Positions 30,904 through 43,614 of a stretch of 64,000 nucleotides of DNA are shown piece by piece. This DNA is from Paramecium tetraurelia (Eukaryota), in assembly GCA_000165425.1 (NCBI GenBank), contig CT868529.1, positions 186,001 through 250,000 on the forward strand. Direction: 5' to 3'. Under the pieces are notes generated by a model. It saw only the letters and a program-made list of their open reading frames with translations. It was not told the origin of the DNA and searched no databases. Every line of letters starts with the position of its first letter. Within the stretch, counting starts at the first letter, position 1. The translations under genes were made by a program, and so were the position numbers.

Positions 30904-33900
30904 ATGATACCTAACAATAATTCTCAATAATGTAATCATTAAAATTAATTTCTTTAGCTTACCAATTCTATTAACCAAATCAAAGTCAACAAGGTAAAAC
31001 TAGGAAATAATCTTTTTTTAGGTGAAGGATAGACCTAATAGAATTAGAATATTCCAGTTAGTACTCAGCCCCCTCTTGGTTCATCCACAAGTTATACTAT
31101 GCCATAATGGAATTCTAGTATATTTAAAATAAATTATAGCCTATGGTGGCTCGGTGCCTACTCCTAATATATATAATGCTTAAACACCAAACAATGTAAT
31201 GCCACCAAACAATGTAATGCCACCAAACACCTCCTTTCCATTCCCTATTACAAACATGCCAAACATGCCAAACGTGCCAAACATGCCAAATATGCCAAAT
31301 ATGCCAAATATGCCTCCCATCCCATCTATATCAAATTTCTCAATCCCAAAACCTATACCACCCAATAAAGAAAAATAACATCAATAAAAAATTAATGAAT
31401 TAGAATAAAAAATACTAGAAATAGAAGAAGAATATACCACTAAAATGGCAAAAGAAAAAAGATCAATGCTATCATAGATTGATAATTTAAAAAGAAGAAT
31501 TAAAGATTTAGAAGATGAATAATATGATTCTAATCAAACAGTCTCATCACAAAAAAACGATATTAATCAAAAATAGACATATATTGATAAAATTACAAAA
31601 GATAAAGCTAGTCTTGAATAACAATTTCGTGATTTGTAAGATGAATATGAAAATCTCAAACTTTAATACTAGTCGCTATTACGAAGGACATAAACTAATA
31701 TTGGTGGGTCTACTTAAACATTTGATTAAACACTGACTTAATAATTAGAGAATCAAATGAGGAGGTTAAGGGATGACTTTAAAAGATAAAAAGATGATCT
31801 AATGAATTAAAAAAATGCTTTAGAAGATGAATTAAGGAATGCTAAATCTGAACTAGATAAATCAGTCAAGCAAGTTGAGAAGGAGCATCAATATTTTATG
31901 GAATCAAGAGATGAGATCGCTAAATTATAAAAAATAATCAAATAAAAGGATGACAAACTTAGATAGATAGAAATCGAAAAGGAAAATTCTTTTGATTTGC
32001 TAAAATAAGTTAATGTTGAAAAACAGCGATTGCAGGATAATCTAAAGGAAAAAGAATTTGAGATATCTTCAATAAATCAAGAAATTTCACTAATAAAAAA
32101 AGAATTAGATTTTCTAAAGAATTTAATTAAAGAATCCTCAAACGGAAAAGCAATTAAACTAGATTAAAATATGGAATTTTTGTAATTTGAATAAGAAAAA
32201 TAATGGCTTCAATAAAAAAAGCATTAGGATCAAGAAAAATTGAAATCTGAAAACGAATAAAAAGAATTCTAAAGAAAAGAAAAATTAGAGAAAGAGAAAA
32301 AGAGAAAACAAGAAGCACTAGAATAATTGGAGATAAAAAAAGGAAATTTAATTTAAAAGGGAGCTGAAAATATGTAATAAGCTAAAAGAGTGTATGGTTA
32401 GTTAGATGTCTGCTTTATAGTCGATGTTACAGGGTATTAATGTTATTTTAGCTTAGGTCTATGGACTCATATAAGGACTAAACCAAAAGGTCGGTCTAAG
32501 GATCTTTAAAAATCATAAAACAAGCCACAAATAGAGAAACTAATTGGGCATCAGTTTGTTATTAAGATAAGGATGAATAAAGATAATTAGGGGGAAAATA
32601 TCATGAATTTCCATTTTCAAAGGATTAGTAAGCGCTTGAAAAATGGTTTGATGGTATCAAGTGTTCTGGAGGTGGCGATGCAGCTGAAGATATAAGAGGA
32701 GCAATTAAATAAGTTTGCAAATTATAGTGGCCAAGCAAATTTAAAATTGCCATTATAATATGTGATGCTCCATGTCATGGAAAGAAATATAATGGAGGTT
32801 GTGGAGATAATCATCCTAATGAAGATATTTAGGATGCTATAGAAGAATTGATATAGAACGGCATCGTTTTAATAGCCCTTAATTTTACAAAATTTACTAC
32901 AGTTATGTATGAAGAAATAAAGAAAATATATGAATCTAAGAAGAGATTAGATTTGTTTCTTTACTAAGATTTATAAAAGATGGATCAAAATTAAATGGCA
33001 GCCACTATGACCAAATATATAGGCGAGGCATCATAAAATGCAACCCAAACAAATAAAAACTAAACAAAATCTAAATAACCACAAATTTAATAAGAAATTC
33101 CAAGAGAAAAAGAAGGAGCTATGGAAGCTCTATGTAAATAGGGCAACTTTTATAACTTTGAAACATAGGAGAATGTGAAAATTGTTAATACTAAATTCTA
33201 AGTTTGGAGAGTAGAGTTGAAGGAAGAGGAATTCAACAAAAATATTGAAAGCATAGACAAAATTTAGTGCCCATAGGACTTTTTAAAGACGAATGAAGGA
33301 AGTTGGAATTGTATAAGAACTGAAAAACCATTTGCCTTTGGTATGATGAAGGATGTATTTTTAATGAAAAAAACAAATGTGTAATCAGATGAGTTATATG
33401 TCATAAAAACACCTATTGGTAGCTTACCCTACAAATCTATGGATGATGCATTAAAGGAATGCAAATCACATTTGATCTGTTAGAAACTAATGAAACTATT
33501 TGTTAATGAATTATAAGAAAAGGCAAGTGAAAAGTAAATCAATATCAAAATACCATCTGTTATTTATAGTGATTTCTTAATTCTTGAAGAATCAAAAAGT
33601 AATTTTATAAGATATATTTAGATTCATTTTGGATAGCAGAAAGATTTTTTAAGGGAGAATTTGTTAAATATAATAATAATTATGGATTCATAAATGAAGA
33701 TCATACTTCAGAATTAAATAAGTTTGCATAATCATTTACTTATTATACATATTTTATCAGCACATTTAATTATATGGTTAGCGATGTGCAAGGAGTTGGT
33801 AATTATTTCACTGATCCAGCCATCAATACAATCAAAGGTAATATCTTTAATTTAACAATCATTAGGTAATTTTGATGAAACTGACATGGGAGAGGAGGGC

Positions 33901-33984
33901 CAAGGGATGTATTTGGTTAACTATGAAAATAAAAAGGTACTATTAACTTCTGAATATCTGGGTTTATTGAATATATATGAATGA
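30904..33984 (+). CDS. VWA-domain alpha-kinase (MHCK/eEF2K family) with Pro-rich N-terminus and coiled coil
   Basis: VWA motifs LDVCFIVDVTGSM, GGGDAAEDIRGA and ICDAPCHG. Alpha-kinase motifs PFAFGMMK, YVIK, IAERFFKGEFVKYNNNYG and MVSDVQGVGNYFTDPAI. TGA at 33982-33984. Confidence 0.9.
31184..31320 (+). repeat. Coding tandem repeats: 18-nt PNNVMP duplication and 9-nt (PNM)n array
   Basis: ccaaacaatgtaatgcca occurs twice, followed by about 6-7 ccaaa(c/t)atg units, in frame within the alpha-kinase N-terminus. Confidence 0.85.
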
Positions 33985-34045
33985 TATTTATTATAGATAT
34001 GTGTGGGATAATTAATATTAAAATATAATTTATTTGAAATAAAAT

Positions 34046-35084
34046 ATGAAAACCACAACAGTAGTAGAATCATAGGTAATTAAGACCAATGTGGAAGTTG
34101 AATAAGCTCCAATTAGATATAATAGGAAAAGAAATTATATGTCCACTTCATTTGTCTCTGCTTAATTTCCAAATAATTAATATGGGTGCTATTAAATTAT
34201 GATTGACAATCATGAATGCAGACCAAAATGTCAACCACCTCCTTAATAACCTTATATGATGCCTATGTATGTTCCTGTTCCTTATCCTTAATAATAAGAG
34301 AAAGAATGTGAATGCGAAGATGGCGAATCATACAAGGAAGAATTATTGTTTTTAAGATAGAGAGTAGCAGAATTATTGGCAAGAGAGCCTGAAGTCAAGA
34401 CAGTCAAAGAAAGAGTAGAAGTCATAGATAACACAAGGGTACTTATAAATTGAATATAAAATATAGGTTGAATAACTTGAGCTTGAGGCTTAAAAACTAA
34501 GATTATAATTATAATAGGCATAAAATTAATTACGACAAAAAGAGCAGGAGTTTATTGAATTAAGAAGTGGAAATGATCAATCTTAATAAGGATTGCAGTA
34601 TAGGATAAAAATAATTGAAGTAAGAAATAAGTAATAAATCAGGAATAATTGTATAATGTAAGACTGGAAATCGAAAGAATCACAGGATTATTAAATTAAA
34701 AAGAATAAGAAATTATAGATTGGGAAAAAAGATGTCATGAAATAGAAAGCTCTGTTACTTATGAGATTGAAGAAAAAACAACTAAACTAAGATCTGTATT
34801 ATTAAATATAATATTCAAAGGAAGTAGAAGTTTGGAGAAGTAGATTTAAGAAATTAAACACAGATTATTTCAATTGTTAAGAATAATTAATTATGGTGTA
34901 AGCTGAGATTGATTCAATTAAAAATGGAGGAGTAAAAGAAGTTAAGGAAGTAAAAGTTGAAAAGAAAGTTGTAGGACCAACAATCACAACTGTTTCATCA
35001 AATCAATCAAGAACTAGAGGATCAAGATTAATTGAAAGTTCTGAAGTCATAAAAGAGGGAACACCAGCTAGGTTATACCCATGA
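34046..35084 (+). CDS. Hypothetical coiled-coil protein with V/E/K-rich segments (possibly cortical cytoskeleton)
   Basis: MKTTTVVESQVIK...PPPQQPYMMPMYVPVPY...EPEVKTVKERVEVIDNTR...VKEVKEVKVEKKVV. Tiny introns. TGA at 35082-35084. Confidence 0.75.
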
Positions 35085-35117
35085 GAAAATAAATATATAA
35101 ATATTTTAAACATAAAA

Positions 35118-36291
35118 ATGTTTTCATCTTAATTTACTTGGACTATTCTGTAAATTATTATTATTAGCACACTCTATTTTGTAAACTTTTAAGCTATTGC
35201 TGTTGAGGAATAATAGAAGGAAATATCATTTATAAGACATGGTGCAAGATCTCCTAATAAGTATAATCCTTTAGACTAAATTTTATGGAAAAATTATAAA
35301 CCTGGATATCTAACTGAAAAAGGATTTCAATAACTTTAGAATTTAGGGTAATCATCACAGACAAATTATTTTTATGATGCTGAGGGAAATTGCATATATT
35401 AAAAACTAAATTTCGTTTCATCTGTTGTACCAAGAGTTATGCATTCATTCATTGGTTTTGTTATGGGACTATGTCCTAATAATTTCTAAGGAATTTTAAG
35501 AAATTACTTTTAAGATTATTATTCATAGTATTCTAAAAATGACAAAATTTTAAATGAAATTATGTAATCAGATTTTACAAATCCATTAATCTTTGATTTC
35601 TAAACATTTAAAATGGAACGTGACTTTTTGTTTCATGGTCATAGTTCATCATAATGTCCTAAACTAGATGATATTAAAGAAGAAATTATGAGTAAACAAG
35701 AATATTTGAATAAGAACGAAGAATTTAAACAAAGACCAGAATTTTAAGAAGTATTCCAACAAATGAAACTGTCTAATTCTTCTTTAGATGAAGAAAGTAT
35801 TACCATAAATAAAATGAAAACATTTTATGGTGGTTTCAAATGTAATAGATATCAAGGATTTGACAAACCTGTTCTTTCATTGAATGCTTAAAAATATTTA
35901 GATGAAGTAATTCGATTTAGTATTTTAGATTTTTATCTATAAATTTTATAAAATGGATAATTCAAGATCTATTCAACATTTTTCTGCATTAACAGAAATA
36001 TTCCAATGGATAATTAAATAAATTAAAGGAGATCAAACTATTAGTTTATATTTTGGACATGATTCCAATTAGGTTGCAATGCTATCTGTTTTAGTTGAAG
36101 AACCACTTATTCCTCCTTTTGCATCTAAATTAAGCTTCATAATTTAAGGAGAGTATGTGAATTTATATTTTTAAAATGAACTTTTAGAAACTAGAATGTG
36201 TAGATCTAAGATTAATTGTACTCGAGGATAAGTAATCAAATATTTAGAATAATATATTTCTAACAATTTGAATGAACTTTGTCAGATTTGA
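35118..36291 (+). CDS. Histidine acid phosphatase, probably secreted or lysosomal
   Basis: Hydrophobic N-terminus; RHGARSP (RHGxRxP); LTEKGFQQ; YFGHDSN (HD motif). TGA at 36289-36291. Confidence 0.9.
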
Positions 36292-36486
36292 TTTTATTAT
36301 TTATTAATAATTCGATATAGAATTAGAGAATTATTTTAAATCGCTAAAATTACTTAGCTGTTTATAATTTTATATATTATTTTTTCAAAGTGATATTATA
36401 GTTTATGAGTAAAGACAATTTAAAATAAAAAGTAAAATAACTACATAAGGAGAAGAATAATTTATGAAATAGATTTAGATAAAAAC

Positions 36487-37697
36487 TCAGTTTAAAATCC
36501 TACACTATAATTGATATAGTTTTTCACGAATATCTTTCAATTAACTTTTTAATTCAATTTATCTATTTTTATTTTATTTAGGGGTTGCACACAACTCTCT
36601 TTCTAAACGCAATACATCTGCGAATAAATACTAATATTGAAGTTTTAAATCTAAGATGATAATTTTATTATACCATCTTGTCTGCCTACACTTCTACTTC
36701 TATGATCTGATCGAAATTATGGTATTTTTTTAGGAATTTAAAAAATTTTACTTTCGTTTTAGATTTGTTATGGTTCTGATGATAATTAAGATTATTTGAA
36801 ATTGTAAAGGCAAGCCTTATTATTGCAACACTTTACATCAAATATTTAGGCCTCTATCATTTTAAAAAATTGCGGATTTAAGAAAAATCTATTATCATTG
36901 TGTTTGTATTTTAATACTTTTCTGTCAGGGTTTTGATATCAAGTTTTGAAAAAATATCATCTTTCTAATCTTCACTGATATTAAATTGTCCTGAATGATC
37001 TCTACTGCACATTTGTTTATTTTTCTTAATATGATTTCCTCTCATCTGATTTTCCCTAGAAATCTGTTATACGCACTATTGGAATAATTCTTTGAGATTT
37101 TTTGGGTCTTAATGTTCCAACAATGGAGTTTTTATATTTTTAATCTCTATGGTAAGATGAGGAGCTAGTTACATCTGTTTAGTTGTTTATGGCTATAAGG
37201 CTTATCTCTAAGTAATATTTAATTCTAAATAAAAATCAATTAAAAGTAGTTAATTACAGTTTTTATGCTATCGAGCACTTACGTTTTAGGATTCATTTTT
37301 TAATGCTATATTATTTAACTCTTCTGTTTTTGTCTTATTCAATAACTATTCTTGTTTTTGCGTTTTTAGAAAATTTGCTAATTCCATATTGGTTTCTTTT
37401 TCCTCTTATAATTATCTTTGCAATAGCTATTTATTTATTCTAATTACCTTCACTTAATTTTAGAGTGAGAGTCTTAGCTTATTGAGATATTAACATTCAG
37501 TTCTGTAAAACAATAATTCCTTGGCAATTACTTCTTCCTTTTATAAAAAAATTAAGTACATATGTGTCAACTGGAGGCTACTATCTGTCTAATAAGTCGA
37601 TTGTTTCATCTACTAGAGTTTTCAAAGTTAGTGATTCAATTTACTCTTCTTTAATTATTTTAGCTAGTTTAAGACAAAAATCTGTATAAGTTAGCAT
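36487..37697 (-). CDS. Hypothetical coiled-coil protein
   Basis: MLTYTDFCLKLAKIIKEEQIES...; code-6 ORF with tiny introns ending ELKSQLKDIREKLYQLQCRILN-TGA. Confidence 0.7.
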
Positions 37698-37721
37698 AGA
37701 ATATTAATTTAATATAATTAA

Positions 37722-39274
37722 ATGGGTTCCAACAACTAAAAATAAAACCAACTTCTCAATAACTACAAGTTTATCGTAAATAAAACTGATCCTGCCTATG
37801 GAGATATTGTTGTCTACTAGTCTAATAGGGATCCCTCTGAACTTATGGCAGTTATTAAATTGCAATCTAATAAACCCGAACTATTATGCTAATAAATAAA
37901 GTAATCTTGAAAATTAAATTCGTAGTCAAAGACTTAAGCACCCCAATATAATATAAATTTATGATTGCTCCTAATCAAGTGTAAAAGATTTTTGTGGAAC
38001 TCTAAATATTGTTCATATCGGTATTCAATACATACAAAAAAACCTATTAAAGGATATGGAGATTAGAAGGAAATTAAGGACAACGTAATATAAATGCATA
38101 AATTTAGATATTTTGAAGGAGAATTATGGTATCTAATCAAAACTGTCTGTGAAACATTGATTGATTTATAAAATAATAAATAGAAGTATATGGATTTACA
38201 CCCTTAAAATATACGCATAACAGATGGTGGAGATATAAAATTATTAGAATTGAGTTGTACTCCATAAAATATATCATCATTTAGAAAAGTGAAATTAGGA
38301 TTGAGGGAATTGGAATATTTATCATCAGAAGAATTACAAGAATTGAAAGATTCTCAAAACAAAGTAAATTATTGAATAAGATCTAGTATAATTTTGATTT
38401 AGAGAAGATAAATATTTTTGTATTAGGAATTATTTGTGTGGTCTGCATATCTGGTTTAGAAGTTAAATAATTTTATGATGTTGAGAAATGTATTTTCTAA
38501 TATGGATTAGCTATAACTAAATTAAGATAATATATTTAAAAGTAATTCATACAAGATATATCTAGATATAACTATTCTTAGGCTTTTGAATAGATTGTCA
38601 TTTAATTCCTTTCATATAGTCCTTTTTAGAGACCCACTTATGCTTAGGTGTTAAACATGATAAACACTTTTGAAAGTACTACTATTGCTGATCACTTTTA
38701 TGTTAAGTGTTCACAATAACCAGTGTTATTGGATACTATAAATACAATCTCAAAATCTGATTAAAAGACCGAAAGGAGTCCAGATTTAAATAGTCACAAA
38801 GCAAAAGCTTTTAATTCCAATTCCAACTCCACTCCTTAAACAATAAAAGTAGCTAGTCTTGTAAGAACCAAACCCATTGTTTAATAATTCTCTCTCACTC
38901 CTGAACCAAGACCTCATATTAATAGACCTTAGTCATCTTCACGTTAGAATTCTTAAAGAGCCTAATCAAGTTAAAGACCTGAACCAACACAAAAACCATA
39001 ATTGCCTAATTACAGTTATTATGATCCTTACATAGATTCTGCTCTAAAAAAGAGCAAGGATTTATTAGTTTATCATAACCAGAATTCTAATTATATTCGA
39101 TAATCAAGAACTAATTCTGTTTCTGTAAACAAATACACACCAATAATGGCAAGCTTGAATATTCAAAATGACGATTATACATAGAACTATCATAATGTAT
39201 AACTACTAATCAAATAAGTTAATATTGAAGAAGGTAAGCAGAAATAATTTTCAAAAAGTTTTACTAAATAATGA
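37722..39274 (+). CDS. Protein kinase-like pseudokinase, possibly N-myristoylated
   Basis: MGSNNQK start. Kinase-fold landmarks LKHPNIIQIY, YFEGELWYLI, YMDLHPQNIRIT..GDIKLLELS, YLSSEEL and NIFVLGII. S/Q/P-rich tail. Confidence 0.8.
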
Positions 39275-39295
39275 ATTTGAAAAGAATATTTATAA

Positions 39296-40816
39296 TCAAA
39301 AATTTTAATCCAATTATTTCATATCTATCTTAATGTCTGTAGGTTTATCCTCCCCATTATTATTAATTGACCCTCTATAATTATTTTAAATCAAATTTCC
39401 TCTGATTAATTATAATCTTTATTGAGTGTAATTAAATCTGGTGTAAGTGTTTCTTTAAGAAACTTCATACTTTTGATCAACTTTAACTTCTTCATTTATT
39501 GACTATTCTCGAGAATGGTTTTAAGATTAAGTAGATTCAATAGTGAACTTAGTGTTGGTCAGCATGGGTGAAACTGGTAGAGATTTTATTTGAGTATCTA
39601 TTGAACCTGTGTCATAATCAGATTTTTAGTTGGATGACTATTTGGGAGATGGAAAAGTGCCTATTTGGATAATTTCTGAGGTTTAATTTTATGATTATTC
39701 TAATGAGAGTTGGACATCTTTGGGTTTGGTATCGTGTTATTAATTTTCTAATACATTATTTTATTAATTTGTATTGCTAGATTATTCGTTATTTGATTCT
39801 TATTGAGAAATATTTCTCTAATTTTAAGACCCTTGTTATTCAGCCCTTCGTTATTAAGCCCGATAGGAATATAGTGATGGTTTAGAAGGTAAATATGTGC
39901 GAGCAACCTATCCTGAATGAGATTCAATATTCGTAGAATCTTACTCTTTTTAATTAGAGGATCCATTAGGAATTGATGGTATTTATTATGAAGGTTATAA
40001 TTATTGATTGTTTTAATTTTGAACACTTGATTCTGGGACTTTTTTTTGTTCAAATATGCTCATTTTTTTAAAAGATTTTTATCTTTCAACTTATTTAGAG
40101 TAACTTGTAAAATTGTAGTTTTGATGATGTAGCTTTTTATCAACTTCAGAGATTTCGCCACTATTGACCTCAAAGGTCCTTTGTTCTATGCATCCCATAA
40201 TCTTAGTGTGTCTCGTGAATTCTTTCATTGATTGTTGTAAATTATCAATAATATATTCTTTGGAAACTATTGAAAACCCTTTGACTTATTGGAAGAACAT
40301 ATTAAAGGTCGAAGTCATTTTTGGCGTTTCTTAAGATAATGTTAGATGAATACTTTTCAATTTATCAATCCCAAATTTAAGAGGTGTCGAGCTGTCTTCT
40401 GCTTGTCTTTCATTTTGTTCAGCATTATTATTTTTTTCTCTTAATTCAATATTCTTGAGACTGGATTTCTTTATTATTAAATCCTTATTTGGAAGATCTA
40501 GTTTTTTATAGAAGAATTTCTTACTTAGCTTAAAATAGGATTCGGGTTAGAAAAGCTCATGATCGAGTTATTTAATTTTGGTTGGAGATTTCACTTTGTC
40601 CTCATCCTAAACATTCTGATTAGAAGGTTTCAAATGTACTATCTTGAGATTTTAAATATATAAACAAACATCCGAAATTGTCTTACCTTGATCTTTAAGA
40701 AGTTTAATGAGCAATTAGCATTTTTATTAAGTGATTGACATTGGATCTGAGATCGACGGCAGTAATTTTTCTATGAATTCAATAAAGGCTACTTTTAATG
40801 ACTAAATATCACCCAT
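39296..40816 (-). CDS. Hypothetical low-complexity protein (about 506 aa)
   Basis: Apparently uninterrupted code-6 ORF MGDIQSLKVAFIEFIEKLLP... to a TGA at 39296-39298. Rich in S/P/Q/R. Confidence 0.72.
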
Positions 40817-40830
40817 TTTAATTAATTATA

Positions 40831-42134
40831 ATGAACAACTTCGAATAAGACTTCTATTAATTTGTTAAACATTAATTAGCCAAAAAAAGAAGGTAAAAAG
40901 ACTCTTCTCCAAATACTCCACTTGGTGAAACTGATGAGATGGAAAGTAAATAAAATGATTTTATACAGAAAACAGATTGGTCAATTAAAATGTGACTAAA
41001 GTTTTACAATAAGAGAGAAAGAAAATGAGGATCCAAAAAGTTTCAAAGGAGTAGTAGTTCGATAAGAGATTTAAGGATTTTAGTAATATGGACACCTTCC
41101 TTGATATTAAATAGTTTCTGAGGCATTTGAGCAATTAGAAGTTAGCGAGTGTTGAAATAAAAAAGAAATTAAAAACATTAAAGAAAATTGATTCTGATAG
41201 CGATAATGATGATTTATTTGATTACGCTGACATCATATAAAGGAGCAAGAATATTGTTGAAAATAGTACCGTTATAAGACATTATCCTGACATTAAAGGA
41301 TATTTGATCTAGGAAGAATAGCCAAATTTAACAAAATAAGATGTTGAAGAGCTTAAAACCGAGGATGACAAATTTTATAATGCAATAGATAAGTTATTTA
41401 TTGATATCAGGACTAAATCAGAATAGATAGCATTACAACAAAAATATGAGCAAGAACGAAATAATTGTAAAGGATCTATCTAAATGATTAAAATGCCTCA
41501 AAAATAATTAGAAGAAAACCTACAAGAAAAAGAAAGAATGGATGAATTAATTTCTAGATAAGCTAAATAATTTAAATAATAAACAGAAAAGGTTCTAACG
41601 CTTCTTGAAAAAACAACTAAGCAATTATTTAATAATAAATAAAAAAAAGGACTATCACGATTTATTAAAAAAAAGAAAAGGTTAACAGAACCCAATTAAT
41701 AATTATCTGAAATTAGTGAAGAAAGAACTACTCTTCATCAATTTTATCCAGAAACCTCTAGAAGCACCATCAAACTTCCATACCTATCTCCAAATACATC
41801 CAAAATCTATTCTCACAGAACTTTTTTAAGTTAAGTTGTCATTCCAGTCTCTAGGAAAGATAGTCAAATCATAGAGAAAGTGGAACCTTAGGAGAAGATA
41901 AAAAACCAATTTAGACAATTCATATAAAAATTAGATAAAACAAAAGAAACTTTTGATAAATAGTATTAAACAGACAAAGAATTATTATCGATTTAATAAA
42001 GGATAATAAAAAATATGAATAAAATTGGGGAGATCCCATTAGAGAGTTTAAGGATACTAAATAAAAAAGAAGTTGAGGCAAATAATCTGAAATTGAGTAA
42101 ATTCAAAAAACTCGGCCCTATTCAAATTTTATGA
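40831..42134 (+). CDS. Hypothetical coiled-coil protein
   Basis: MNNFEQDFYQFVKHQLAKKRR..., one 23-nt intron near 40946, ending KFKKLGPIQIL-TGA. Confidence 0.72.
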
Positions 42135-42401
42135 TTTTTCAAAATAACATTATTTTATTATTTTATGAATTTCTTTTATAATTTTTGAAGGTTTGAATTA
42201 AATGTTATATTTTTATAAATCTGACATCCGAATGTGAATGAGTTGGTGACAAACTACTATCTGAAACTTCAACCCAATCATTATTTCTCATAGATAACAC
42301 AATCCATCACTTCTTGATATATATTTTAGTGACTTGAGTGAAATTTATAGAATAGGTGAGATGCAATTAATTGTAAATGAATTATTTGTTAAACTAATAT
42401 T

Positions 42402-42732
42402 TCATCCGAATTATATTTATGAACGACCTCCAGGTGGATTCTTAACTTTGACGGATGTATGGGTCCCTAAAAAAATATTCAAAAAATATGAAAAACCTTA
42501 ATCCTATTATTATTATTGCTATGATTGCTATCCTTTTTGGGGAACAGGCTCTCCTCCTAGAGTAAATTGACTAGCATTTGGGTCTCTAACAACTCGTTTT
42601 TATTGAGGGGCAGGCTCATCGGATCCCTGAATATTAATTCAAAATTACAAATGAGATGGATGAGTTGCCACCTGGTGCTTATGTGGTTTTAGTTGATGGC
42701 TTTGAAAGTGAATACCCTTAGATATTGTTCAT
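42402..42732 (-). CDS. Small SPIRAL1/Jupiter(HN1)-like PGG-motif protein (candidate microtubule-associated protein)
   Basis: About 92 aa after two introns. N-terminal KPSTKTTQAPGGNSSISFG and C-terminal HTSVKVKNPPGGRSQIQFG-stop. Confidence 0.75.
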
Positions 42733-43614
42733 TATTTAAATAATTAATGATTATATATTCACTTCATATTAAATATATAAAGTCATCAAATATCTTAAAA
42801 TGTATTGAGTTAATTCAAATAATCCCATCATCACTAACTTAAATTTTGTTAAGTAGTTATAAGTATTTAATAATTAATTATAAATAACAATTTTAATAGA
42901 AAATATTAAGAAATTAATACAACAATCCTAGATAACTCTCCATAATTTTTTTGAGATTAACATCTCCTTAGTTATTGAGATATGGAATTTTATATAATGC
43001 ATTTTGACCACAAGATTTCAATAGGCACAGAATGAGTTGGATCATCTTTGGTCAAATTTTACAACTTTTTCCATTATTCGTTTTTTATCAGTTGACTATT
43101 CAGTTTAATAAAAATTGCTAGCATGGCTATTGATTTATAGTAAATTGTATTAAGTTACGATAATTATTAGATTTAATTAACAAATTATAATTGGTGTAGT
43201 TTTTTAATTTTTAATATAGACTAGCTTCCTTCCCCATAAATTATAATTCTAACAACAATAATCAAATATTTATATTCTTAAAGAGAATTTGAAAAAGTTA
43301 AGCATTGATTTAAAGTAATATAAATTAATGAGAAGATAAAGTATTAAGGACTTAAATATTAAATATTAAAAATATACAACAAATGAGAAAAGCTAACAAG
43401 GAGGAATATATCATAGAAATCGAAAGAAGAATAAAAACCAATAGAATGTCGATAGAAATTTGAAGACACAGCAAAAACAGAATCAATATAGTGACATTGT
43501 TTCAAACTCAGGTTGAATTAAGACTAGATTTTAATATAAAAATGTTTTTTATACTAAAAAACTATTTGTTAGGAGTCCATGATATTTTTGATAATCTAAA
43601 ATGATCAATATAAA

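Noticed and set aside
31180..31365. Gly/Met/Phe-repeat minus-strand ORF
   Set aside because: Antisense of the (PNM)n coding repeat in the alpha-kinase gene.
42750..43600. Long gap with coding-like patches, considered as an IES, transposon or pseudogene
   Set aside because: No terminal inverted repeats, transposase motif or interrupted host gene visible. Cannot be supported without alignment.
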